Position numbers and translations under genes: made by a program | The notes under the pieces: model-generated | What the model was told of the DNA's origin: nothing | What the model saw: only the letters and a program-made list of their open reading frames with translations | The model's database searches: none | NCBI GenBank assembly: GCA_017508465.1 | Contig: JAFVYW010000153.1 | Span: forward strand, 1-41,188 | DNA: 41,188 nt | Source of the DNA: Clostridia bacterium | GTDB taxonomy: Bacteria; Bacillota; Clostridia; Oscillospirales; CAG-272 | Direction of reading: 5' to 3' | In this document: positions 27,401 through 35,911 of the stretch, one piece after another | Layout: each line of letters starts with the position of its first letter | Position numbering within the stretch: the first letter of the stretch is position 1

Positions 27401-30400
27401 CTTGTGCCTTCAGGTCGAGAATGGCGCGCGTCAGACCAATCACACAGTCACTACCGGTAAATACATCAAAGCTGCCGAGTGCGCTCTGGTACATAACTGC
27501 CGTCTCGTCAATCGTACCGCTGACACGGTTGAGCGCGGGTGCGTTCAGGTAGTTGAGCTTTGCGATATCAAAAGTATCGCCCAGGGCATCGGGTTCAATC
27601 ACATATGCGCGGATAGCGCCTTCGCCACGGAGGACATTAAGTGCCACGGCATAAGGCGTGGTTGTTGTAAGTGAGGAAATATCAATGGTGAGGTAAGATA
27701 CGGCGTTATTGTAGCTTTGCATGCCGCTCGTCAGACCGCTGACAAGATAGCCGTCATTGTTGTCAAAGGTGTCGTTTTCGTATTTGCCACTCACGACATA
27801 GCCACCATTGACAGGAGCAAGTTTTTCTACCGTCGCGTTCTTGACGGCGAGCGTCGGCGCTATTGCATCATTGGTTCTTTCTTTGGAAATGGTAGGATCT
27901 ACCACCGTTTCCGTCACCTTCATATTGTCAATATAAACGCTCTCTTCGGAGATGACATTCTGCGCAGTGAGAAGGAAGAGCTGCGATTTTTGTATACTAC
28001 TCTTTACATAATCGGGATTATCAATGCGATAAGTCAGGGTGACGGTACGCCACTCGCCTGCCTTAAGGTATACCAGCGTGTGTGCTTCGTTGTAAAGATC
28101 GACGAAGTATTTACCGTCGGACTGCACATTGTTTTTCGGAAGTTGGACTCTCGCGTGGAAGGGGCGGTCAATGGTCGAATAGACATCAAAGGTAATGGTA
28201 TAGACGCGACCGAGATCGTCCTCGGTGAGCGTAGAACCGAACAGACCGTTGATTCTCGCTACCTGACCGACATTGAGACGCATAGCGGTGGTATGGTTGG
28301 GCGAGGTAACAAAGTTCTGCGAGGCGAATACGCCACGACCGTCCTCTGCTTCAAAATCACTTTCAAATACAGTGCTGATGCCACTTTCCCTGATAGCTTC
28401 TACATAGAAGACAGGGGATACGCCCGAGGGAAGAGAAGCGATATACTCGCCGACATCCACCTCGACAATTCCGCGTCCCGTGACACCTACCTCACAGATA
28501 GCGTCCCCGAGAGGCGCGTTCTTGTAATCGTCCGCATTCTCACATACAACACCGTAAATGCGAAGTCTGCCCGACGCTTCATTGGTAACGAAGAAGCGAA
28601 GGGAAGTGCCAAAGTTGTGAGTGATGTTCAGGGGATTGAATACGAAATAGATACCGTTTTTGCCCTCTTCTGTACCCTTAAGGGTAAAGGAACCGTCCGT
28701 GCTTTCTACCGTAGCCGCGGTGAACACTGTATCGAATTTTGTGCAGAAGGAGACGCTCTTTCTTGCTTTCAGGGCGTTACCATTGTCGTCCGTCAGTGTT
28801 TCGGGAACGAGTACGGTATAAATAGTGCCACCTTCAAGTCCTGATGGGTGGAAGGTCCATTCGTTGTTTGCATAGGCGCTTTCCCACCAGCCGTCTACAC
28901 TCTCACCCGTTACGGTGTTGATGACCTTGACTTTGTCCTTGATTTCCCATTCGGGAATTGAACCTGTGAACTTAACAATAATGTTATCTTTGACATCGAC
29001 TGCCGTTGTGCCATTCGTCGGGAGAATGTATTCGCACACGGAGGCTCTGCCGTACAGATGATAATCGCAGAAATCGAAGAGCGCCTGATACATATCATAG
29101 TCACGATCTTCGTTGTAACCATAAACTGTTGTATGTCCAACGCCCTCCATCGACATATCGAATGTCGCCACATTGAGCGAGCGAAGCGCGTTGAGCATGA
29201 GGTTCAGGTGCGTATCGTTGGTGAAGTTACCGTCGCTTTCGCCTTGTGTCAGAACGGTAGGTACATTGTCCTCATAAATGAAGTAGGTTGCACCGCCGTT
29301 GGACGAATAGACGAGATTGACGCCCGAAGGAATGGCAGAGCCATTCTGGTATGTAAGCCATGGTTGCGTGCCGGAGCATTCGCCTTTGTGACCGGAGATA
29401 TACTCTTCGTTGGGTTGCAGTTCGGGATGTGCCGTACCGAGCAGGTTGACTGCCGCGCCCTTGGAGTGTCCCCATGCACCGATTTTATCAAGATCGAATT
29501 TAAACAATTCAGGGTACATATCCGCGAGTGCGCGTACCTGGCGTACTGCCGCCGTCTGTGCCTGCACACCCGTCTTGAAACGGAGGGTAAAGGCGTTTCG
29601 TCTGCCACCCTCGCCCTCGAAATAACCGAAGTGGTCGGTTCTCGCCATGGGAGTATACGCGTGGTCGTAGTTGACAAACGCGTAGCCACGGAACATGAAG
29701 CCTGTCGAAATCGGACGGGTTGCCGTCTGGGTAGCATCGGAGCGGAGTTCTGATGAGGATGCGAGCATCATGACGGGCACTTCATTCACAGGATTTGTCG
29801 GGTAGGCGATGTCCGTGTAGAGGTTCATATCAATTCTGTCGCCGTTGGTCTTGACACAGTCCCAGAAGTCCTCTGCGATTGCATAGCGGATTTTTATTTC
29901 ACGCGTTTCTTCGTTTACCCATACGGCATCGTCGGAGACCTTTTTGTAAAGAGGCGTTACCGACGCGCCCTCTGCAAGCATCTCGCCTATGGTGTAAGTG
30001 TAATCGGCGTTCTGCGTATAGTATGCATAACCGTCACCCTGTGGAATACAACGGTTGCCCTCGGCATCCTGATAAACCTTCGTGCCGTCATACAGCTCCT
30101 TCTGTCCCCAGATGATGGTGACCTTATCGCCACGCGCGTAATCACCCGTGGTCCGTTTGAGGTCGATATTCCAGATGTCCATGATGTATTCGAGGATACC
30201 ATCAACACCATTCATCTCATAATTGAAGTATTGTACACCGCGCTTTAAGGAATAACCCGCGGGGAGAATGTAGTTATAATCCTTCCAGATTTCAAGAGCG
30301 CCTGTATAGGTTGCATACTTCGTACGAACGAGCTGAAGCGACCAGTCAAGGTCGGGCGTGTTTGCGCGTTTTTCATTCTTATAGTCGACCACCATAACGA

Positions 30401-30833
30401 CATAGCCCTGCGCGAGCAGGTCACGGATGATATCGACATCGCTCATCGTGCCATATCGTGTGGTGTTGGTGTTGATAACATAAAGCACCAGGGGCTTGCC
30501 CGTTTTTGAGAGCTTGACGGGATTTGGCTCCGTGGTATCGTAGAAATGCTCCATGGTATCCGCCGTTTCTGGTTCAGGAAGCACCGTCGCGTCATTGTAA
30601 ACGGTGATATCTACGGGAATGCCGATGTAACCGTCATTCGCCATTGTTGTTGTCTCACCGACCTGATAGTCCACGAGGGCATCGCGGATGGCAGGGAATT
30701 CGTCCGCCTTACCTTCCACCGTGCCACTTTCCTTGTAGACGGGTTCTTGCTTTACAATTGCCGCCGCACTTGTTGCAAACATGCCGAACAGCATAACTAT
30801 CGCGAGGATAACAGAAAGAATTCGTTTTTTCAT
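24444..30833 (-). CDS. Large secreted multidomain protein (~2130 aa): N-terminal alpha/beta-hydrolase, Ig-like and CBM-like beta-sandwiches, C-terminal duplicated module
   Basis: Signal peptide MKKRILSVILAIVMLFGMFATSAAA; IGAWGHSKG nucleophile elbow; Ig-like PTNG...IIVKF...LEGGTIYTV; several jelly-roll-like segments ending in (Y/F)(I/V)D(N/D); start moved to the ATG at 30833 after AAAGGA. Confidence 0.75.
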   Translation of the reverse strand: MKKRILSVILAIVMLFGMFATSAAAIVKQEPVYKESGTVEGKADEFPAIRDALVDYQVGETTTMANDGYIGIPVDITVYNDATVLPEPETADTMEHFYDTTEPNPVKLSKTGKPLVLYVINTNTTRYGTMSDVDIIRDLLAQGYVVMVVDYKNEKRANTPDLDWSLQLVRTKYATYTGALEIWKDYNYILPAGYSLKRGVQYFNYEMNGVDGILEYIMDIWNIDLKRTTGDYARGDKVTIIWGQKELYDGTKVYQDAEGNRCIPQGDGYAYYTQNADYTYTIGEMLAEGASVTPLYKKVSDDAVWVNEETREIKIRYAIAEDFWDCVKTNGDRIDMNLYTDIAYPTNPVNEVPVMMLASSSELRSDATQTATRPISTGFMFRGYAFVNYDHAYTPMARTDHFGYFEGEGGRRNAFTLRFKTGVQAQTAAVRQVRALADMYPELFKFDLDKIGAWGHSKGAAVNLLGTAHPELQPNEEYISGHKGECSGTQPWLTYQNGSAIPSGVNLVYSSNGGATYFIYEDNVPTVLTQGESDGNFTNDTHLNLMLNALRSLNVATFDMSMEGVGHTTVYGYNEDRDYDMYQALFDFCDYHLYGRASVCEYILPTNGTTAVDVKDNIIVKFTGSIPEWEIKDKVKVINTVTGESVDGWWESAYANNEWTFHPSGLEGGTIYTVLVPETLTDDNGNALKARKSVSFCTKFDTVFTAATVESTDGSFTLKGTEEGKNGIYFVFNPLNITHNFGTSLRFFVTNEASGRLRIYGVVCENADDYKNAPLGDAICEVGVTGRGIVEVDVGEYIASLPSGVSPVFYVEAIRESGISTVFESDFEAEDGRGVFASQNFVTSPNHTTAMRLNVGQVARINGLFGSTLTEDDLGRVYTITFDVYSTIDRPFHARVQLPKNNVQSDGKYFVDLYNEAHTLVYLKAGEWRTVTLTYRIDNPDYVKSSIQKSQLFLLTAQNVISEESVYIDNMKVTETVVDPTISKERTNDAIAPTLAVKNATVEKLAPVNGGYVVSGKYENDTFDNNDGYLVSGLTSGMQSYNNAVSYLTIDISSLTTTTPYAVALNVLRGEGAIRAYVIEPDALGDTFDIAKLNYLNAPALNRVSGTIDETAVMYQSALGSFDVFTGSDCVIGLTRAILDLKAQGKDTLVLAVVADTEKTSGEIAFQVKADSTSLETTINFLDFNEEAFTMATRRAENVYDTQDIYMQGSYAKHEEMENDGLTADSSIAVSGNSMKIVVPSGNYNVYKFLKLIESPERAFTTADVGKKFHVSFKLYLTSVPTAGFRVGLSTVAAGTSDGSAANKVAQAQIITNVQANTWTTVNYTFEVTSEMVGNRVSKITSDARPIHFCIQGLANTTMYVDDMRYYSVQESENTFRPVSRTENNFDSGALANKALANGFESFTDANGTKLYRVAYSTLENLNPGGSGSLRVLHNKSYNRFFLTGLIDTANITEENIGDTYTFIFRLKSMGTGTLNVDIAKKSHNASAISGMPAAQACVIEADDVGKWTTYACTFTVNQALVDDINSGTSNEGFGFRFRFSNFGVQSDGSVEVAMFIDNAVCYRNAIDDNGELIGARKSNSVTSGTMSSDNLVVSSPENEEGAQKAYFEYDLSTITNIHGATLSLHANEHQGQTFRLYGLSGLAFPETLTFLNAPANAQGAGMLLEQVYGAAPLADFAFDEKGDATVELATFIRENLGKKVIFVVVAEDGSLAYLNLNFALTGDALMESVTSDGEVALTDGKLNVQGTKVTFSGAFANGEGVLPKYAPICVSAIVSDGTKTYTIKVDGTAFEKTVTPVDNKITYTFTPDADTKVSTITITASGAGFTLSSLEITSPRVANLDTPVLNLYIPTTPTYAYEGVIVSHNIVIANSLSYNLYLAKDKGITSIKVGEKVFAFDTLRDYASGATSYKIFTLDTVAKDAFVNQHIEIVLADGSVRTYEINIQRYLEQFYKNGASEEEKALAANMISYLAESAKYFYENTRVANAAAAVRNQVLGEDYNAKNAPETLTSLSSVALTKDSGMQGAGLCLAERPTFYFVLADGMEDATPTFRIGDEVVSFETKVSDGKTYFILKHSPDTLYETVTYTIGDKSGAFNLRAYYDYAKENDAPLASLIERLGAYVESVNALF

Positions 30834-30856
30834 AAGTATTTTCCTTTCGTGAGCAA

Positions 30857-30886
30857 AATACGGCATATGCCCACATATGCCGTATT
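30857..30886. promoter_or_regulatory. Intergenic hairpin between the two large genes (attenuator or mRNA-stabilising stem)
   Basis: AATACGGCATATG-ccca-CATATGCCGTATT. Confidence 0.55.
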
Positions 30887-30914
30887 CAGAGATCAAAGAA
30901 CAGGAGGCTCGGGA

Positions 30915-33900
30915 TTACGCGATATAGTCTGCACATGCCATGAAATAGCCATACAGTGCATGCGCATAAGGTTCGGACACCGCCTTGCCTGCGATGTAGG
31001 TATCGAGGTTGTAGACGAGCGTATCATTTCCTGCGGTAACCGTCAGGTCTTGTGCCATGCGGTACGCGGGGACTTGAACCACGATGTACTTGAGTTCGAC
31101 ACCGTCCTTTATGATTATATCGCTGTATTCATCGTAAACTACACCGTTTACTGTCAATATGCCATCGTAGTCCGCTCTGACATAAAAGACAAAGCCGGGC
31201 GTCTGGTTGAGGTCGAGTGCCGCACCGCGCAGGTTTTCGTACTCGCCGATTTCCTTGACATTCTTTTCTTCCCACACATAAGGGGTAAAACCATTACTTT
31301 GGAGCAGAGCTTCAATTCTTGTGACACTCGCACCACCGAAGTAAACATTTGCCTTGTTGATGTAGTCCATCGTGTGAAGGACAAGAGCCTTTGTCTTTTC
31401 ATCGAGTTCGGTTTTCATCGCCGCCTCGGCATAGCCGACGAGGGAGATGTAGCGATCGACCATAACGGTTTTCTCACCGAGGTTTACCGAGAGGGAGACG
31501 AGCTTTGATTTGTGTGCATCCTTGGGCGCGAGGTCAGCGAAGGTAATCTTATAAAAGGATACTGCGCCTACCGTTTTTACTTCAAACTCGCCGACAGGCG
31601 TGCCATTGATGGAGACGATTTCATCCGTTGCGGGAATATATGCATGGAAGTCAATCGCCACATTCAGCGTGTAGTTTGCCGAGAGTGTTGCGCCACCGGT
31701 ATAGCGTGTGGTGTAGGTTGCATTTTCGCTCGCATATTCGGGAAGCGCTTCGTTGTATACAGGTGTATAGGTGTTGCCGTTCAGAGTAACCACAAACGCA
31801 TCCAGTGCGGGAACGCGAACAGGGGCGCCTGCTTGGTAAGAAACAACGACGGCATCATCGGGAAGTTCCCATGTGAGTTTTATTGCCTCTTCTTCAGGAA
31901 GAATGGCGAAGGTGCTTTCTCCGTCTGTACGGGCGAGAACATAACCCTCCTTCACGGTCAGGTTTTTACCAGATGTAAAGGCGTTTCCATAACTGTTGAC
32001 GCCTGTGACATTAGCCGTATCGAAGGTGCAACCTTCAAGCAGGGTGACCTGCTTTTTGACATCCCATTCGTCGGGGATGACATAATCGTCATTTGCGCCG
32101 TTGAGAAGCTTGTTGCTCTCGTCGGAATAGATATGATCGAAATTGAGGTTCACACCTTCAAAATGCGTATTTTTGAAGGTAACTGTGCCGAAGTACGCAC
32201 CTTGGAAGGTTGGTATCCTTGCGCCACCCTCTTCGCGGATTTGGTTGTCTGAAGCGAACAGAGGATATTCATTACCGCGCACGACAGAGTCTTCGACATG
32301 GAAATAGGAGCCATACGCGATAATACCGTTATTCATGGAGGTGGTATCGGAACTTAAAATTTTGTTTTCGTTGTAAGAAAGAATACCTTTGTGCGCGATG
32401 TTGATGTCGCAGTTCCTGAAGGTGAACTGCGTTATCGGTTTGTCTGCCTTCGTCGCATACGAATTGAGCTTGATGATAAATTTCGAAGTGGTGATATTCG
32501 CCGAATAAATCGAACAGTTTGTTGTTGCGCCATAGAAACTGTTGCTAAATTGGAAGAGTGCGGTCTGTGCTGTCAGGGTGAGGTTCTCGCGAGGATCATC
32601 TTCACGACCGAGGATAACGGTCGCGGAATAATTGTCCGCGAAGAAAAACATCGCGAGAGCGGAAGCACTACTGATGGCACCGCCTGTTTCCGAGGAATAA
32701 ATATGAAGTTTTCCACGAGGATAAAAGCGCGTGGTGCTGTCGGTTGCGGTCATCGCGAAGGTATGACCTTTCAGGTCAAGTGTCAGGTCACCATTCGGAC
32801 CAAGAGTTGCGCCCTTGGCGAGTTCGATGTCATTTGCTAAAGTGAGAAAGACGGGCTTTTTATAGTTGCTCGTGGCTTTGATATAGGAAATCAGGTCGTC
32901 GCCATTACGGACTGATCCGTCACCGATAAAGAGCGAGGTGCGCGTATCATCTGCAAGAAAGACCTGTGCATCGGGCATCGTGTAGTTGCTCGCCACAAGA
33001 CCAGAGCCGTCTTCCTTCACATAACTTGCATCAGCACCTGTGAAGGTGTTGATACCATGGAAGAAGATACGATTGCTACCGTCATAACCTGCCTCCGCAG
33101 CTGTGATATAATAGTCTGATGTACAGTTCTGTGTAGCGGACGCAGTTCCACCCTCGGGGAGATAGGGGTAGTTGGTATCATAAGTTACAGTACCATCTTC
33201 ATTCTCTACCTTATTGACATAAGTGTAGAACGCGCTGAAGTTTGGTTCGATGTTGGTAAAGGTGCAGTCACCGAAGGAGAGCGTACCGAAATATCTTCCG
33301 TTCAAACGCGCTGGATTTGCAAGGAAGTTCACGGCGCTTTCTGTTTTGGAGAGGAATGTGCAATTATCAAATGCAATCGCGCTGTTCATATTGAATGCAC
33401 CAACATTGGAGCTAAAACCACCTAAATTATGTGAAAGAAAACCGCCATCAAGGCTGAATGTCGCATCACTTGCGTTGATTTTCAAAGCGGAAGGCGTAGC
33501 CTGTGAATGCGAATTTACAGTGAGTGTCGCCTGTTTTTTGAGTGATTTGTAGGTGCCACCTTGGAAATTGATTTTACTGGTGCCTTTGGTACCATTGCCA
33601 AAAGCGATCATAGCATGATTGGACTCGACCGTCAGGAGCTTATCGTCATTGTTGGCACTGATGAAATTCATCGACGCGGTATGACCGCTACCCACTGCCA
33701 TAAACAGACCTTGATTTGCTGATGTGTTAGTATTTTTGACTGTACCTGCAGCGGTTGAAGTGCGGAAGGTCAGGGAAGTGTTGTTTTCGCTTACGGTTAA
33801 GCGCATTCCTAAAGAAAAGGTATAACCCGAGACATCAATGGTGAGTTTTACACCCGACTTCACGGCCATCTGTGCCGTTGTGCTGACATCCGAGGTGAGT

Positions 33901-34190
33901 TGAAGCGTTGTTTTCTTGCCAGAAACATGAATGTTCGTAAAGTCGGTTGTGAAGGTGTCATTGTTCGTCTTGACGACGACTTCAACGAGGTCGGTGCCGA
34001 CGGCTTCCGCTTTTGCCCACGCCTCTGCCAAGGTGTAAGCCACCGCCGTGTCGGGATTGATTGTCTCTCCGACGATAAGAACCGATGGCTCGGTACTCTC
34101 GGTTTCTGTCGCAAAAACTGTCAGAGCGAGGAGTGTCATAAGCATGCATAGAGATAGCATTAAGAAGAAGATTCTACAAATTTTTTTCAT
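30915..34190 (-). CDS. Secreted surface protein (1091 aa) with two putative beta-helix repeats and the same C-terminal module as its neighbour
   Basis: Signal peptide ending in VFA; internal duplication (LTSDV...LTIDVSGYTF versus LANDI...LTLDLKGHTF; GRYFGTLSFGDCTF versus GAYFGTVTFKNTHF); rich in Asn/Ser/Thr/Gly. Confidence 0.75.
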   Translation of the reverse strand: MKKICRIFFLMLSLCMLMTLLALTVFATETESTEPSVLIVGETINPDTAVAYTLAEAWAKAEAVGTDLVEVVVKTNNDTFTTDFTNIHVSGKKTTLQLTSDVSTTAQMAVKSGVKLTIDVSGYTFSLGMRLTVSENNTSLTFRTSTAAGTVKNTNTSANQGLFMAVGSGHTASMNFISANNDDKLLTVESNHAMIAFGNGTKGTSKINFQGGTYKSLKKQATLTVNSHSQATPSALKINASDATFSLDGGFLSHNLGGFSSNVGAFNMNSAIAFDNCTFLSKTESAVNFLANPARLNGRYFGTLSFGDCTFTNIEPNFSAFYTYVNKVENEDGTVTYDTNYPYLPEGGTASATQNCTSDYYITAAEAGYDGSNRIFFHGINTFTGADASYVKEDGSGLVASNYTMPDAQVFLADDTRTSLFIGDGSVRNGDDLISYIKATSNYKKPVFLTLANDIELAKGATLGPNGDLTLDLKGHTFAMTATDSTTRFYPRGKLHIYSSETGGAISSASALAMFFFADNYSATVILGREDDPRENLTLTAQTALFQFSNSFYGATTNCSIYSANITTSKFIIKLNSYATKADKPITQFTFRNCDINIAHKGILSYNENKILSSDTTSMNNGIIAYGSYFHVEDSVVRGNEYPLFASDNQIREEGGARIPTFQGAYFGTVTFKNTHFEGVNLNFDHIYSDESNKLLNGANDDYVIPDEWDVKKQVTLLEGCTFDTANVTGVNSYGNAFTSGKNLTVKEGYVLARTDGESTFAILPEEEAIKLTWELPDDAVVVSYQAGAPVRVPALDAFVVTLNGNTYTPVYNEALPEYASENATYTTRYTGGATLSANYTLNVAIDFHAYIPATDEIVSINGTPVGEFEVKTVGAVSFYKITFADLAPKDAHKSKLVSLSVNLGEKTVMVDRYISLVGYAEAAMKTELDEKTKALVLHTMDYINKANVYFGGASVTRIEALLQSNGFTPYVWEEKNVKEIGEYENLRGAALDLNQTPGFVFYVRADYDGILTVNGVVYDEYSDIIIKDGVELKYIVVQVPAYRMAQDLTVTAGNDTLVYNLDTYIAGKAVSEPYAHALYGYFMACADYIA

Positions 34191-34222
34191 TTTTCTCTCC
34201 TTTTTTGTGTATTTTCACTATC

Positions 34223-34251
34223 AGTATAACATGGCACAAGAGGCATTTCAA
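34223..34251 (-). promoter_or_regulatory. Sigma-A promoter for the large-protein pair
   Basis: TTGAAA(34251-34246)-17 bp-TATACT(34228-34223). Confidence 0.7.
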
Positions 34252-34298
34252 TACAATTTTTAAGAATAATTTGCAAAAAACAGACTTTTTTGAAAAGG

Positions 34299-34336
34299 AA
34301 AAGCCGTGTGGTTATAAGGAGAAAAACCACACGGCA
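34299..34336 (-). terminator. Terminator downstream of the alkaline phosphatase gene
   Basis: GCCGTGTGGTT...AACCACACGGC stem with an A-tract on the left (U-tract on the minus strand). Confidence 0.75.
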
Positions 34337-34391
34337 ACTTGGTATATAAAAGAGTTTCAGATAGTGAAGATCTTGAGGGAGTCTGACCTTT

Positions 34392-35765
34392 TTAATTCAA
34401 CGGTGCAAATGTACTCTGGTCGCCAAAATCGTCCTTGCCCATCCATTTGGCAATCGTTATTGCAATCTGTGTATTTTCAACAAAGATATAGTGGAAGCAC
34501 TCTGTGTCCTTTCCCCATGCAAAAACACGGACATCTGCCCCAGTGTGATCGTCTGTGGCAAAAACAGGCTTGTTATCAAAGTCGGGAAGAAGCGCTCCTG
34601 TCTCGTGGTCAGCGGTGATGATGACCATCGTCTCGGGATGATAGAACGCGTATTCCATAAATCTTGCAATCGCCTGATTGAAGCGCATGACCGCGAGATA
34701 CGCGTTGTCGAGGTCATTGTTGTGACAATGCTTATCAATATACGCCTCCTCGTACATTAAGAAGAAGCCATCTTTGTCGTCAAGCTTGTCAAGCATATCG
34801 GTGATATGCTTCTCGATGGTCTCCATACCTCTTTTATTGTAGTGATTGTAGCCACAATCAAGAAGTCCGCCCTTGGTGTATTGGAAGGCGAATTGACTGT
34901 CGATGATATCGGAGGAATCTCCGCGGTCGAAGGCATGCGCGGAAAAGGAGGCGGGGGTTGCGCCCGTCGCGCTTTCGGTCGACATAACACCTGCACCCAT
35001 CCCCATCGAGAGCGCAAGTTCGGGAAGGGAGAGAAGTGGTGTTCCGTCGGGTAATTGACCGACACAACCATTTTCCGTCTTATATCCTGTCGCGAGTGCT
35101 GTTCCGCCTGCCGCGCTGTCGGTCGTGCCCGAGAGGGAATTGGTTCTTGAAAAACCGATGTGCGGAAGAAGATAACCATAGAAGATTTCCTCGCCGTCGG
35201 AGTAATCACATTCCACCTGATGCATTTCAGGCAATTTCGACTGGTACACACCCATGCCGTCACCGATCAGCAGAATGAAGTTCTTTGCTTCCTTGACAAC
35301 AGGCGTTGCCACCGTGACCTCTTCGGGAACGACGGCATCGTAGTTATTTGTCGGGAAATAGGTGTCAATAAAGTAATATGCTGCCGCCGCAATCACGAAA
35401 GCCTCTCCTTCCATCGCAACTCTGCCATCCTTCGCCATAAAGGCAAATTCGACACCCGATAGTTCAGGGGAAAGCTGCGCGGAGAGTTCTCTCGAAGTCT
35501 CACCGACAATAATCTCGTAATCAGAGACGGGGGCATCCGTGTCAGAAATTACAGGCAATTTCACGCCACAACGCGCGGAAATCTCCTCCTGAATATACTC
35601 CGCCGCGCGCTCGTTGTAATCGTTCTCTTCGGCCGAGTATACAATCGCATACTCCTTGATGGACACGCCGCAAAGCGTCGACCTCGTCCCCTTGCCACAT
35701 CCGCCGAGCAGAACCGCAGCGCAAAGCACAAGCATGGCGCAAAGACAGATAACTATTCTTTTCAT
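34392..35765 (-). CDS. Alkaline phosphatase lipoprotein with an extra N-terminal domain
   Basis: Lipobox LGGC; IGDGMG, TDSAAGGTALATG (catalytic Ser), ATPASF, EEAYIDKHCH, TADHETG and DHT. Confidence 0.92.
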   Translation of the reverse strand: MKRIVICLCAMLVLCAAVLLGGCGKGTRSTLCGVSIKEYAIVYSAEENDYNERAAEYIQEEISARCGVKLPVISDTDAPVSDYEIIVGETSRELSAQLSPELSGVEFAFMAKDGRVAMEGEAFVIAAAAYYFIDTYFPTNNYDAVVPEEVTVATPVVKEAKNFILLIGDGMGVYQSKLPEMHQVECDYSDGEEIFYGYLLPHIGFSRTNSLSGTTDSAAGGTALATGYKTENGCVGQLPDGTPLLSLPELALSMGMGAGVMSTESATGATPASFSAHAFDRGDSSDIIDSQFAFQYTKGGLLDCGYNHYNKRGMETIEKHITDMLDKLDDKDGFFLMYEEAYIDKHCHNNDLDNAYLAVMRFNQAIARFMEYAFYHPETMVIITADHETGALLPDFDNKPVFATDDHTGADVRVFAWGKDTECFHYIFVENTQIAITIAKWMGKDDFGDQSTFAPLN

Positions 35766-35793
35766 AAGTTTACCTCAATACCGTTTTTCTTTC

Positions 35794-35886
35794 ATTATAA
35801 CATATATGAGGCATAAAATCAACATCAAAAAGTATTTGAGATATCTTTACTTTTTTCTTGCCTTTTGTCACGGAATGTGTTATAAT
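35794..35886. promoter_or_regulatory. Divergent sigma-A promoters
   Basis: Plus strand TTGCCT(35858-35863)-17 bp-TATAAT(35881-35886); minus strand TTGATT(35822-35817)-17 bp-TATAAT(35799-35794). Confidence 0.65.
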
Positions 35887-35911
35887 GAAGAAAAAGCGAA
35901 AGGAGTATCCC

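Noticed and set aside
25239-28844. Long plus-strand ORFs of 318, 430 and 375 aa
   Set aside because: Antisense shadows of the giant secreted protein, explained by its codon bias.
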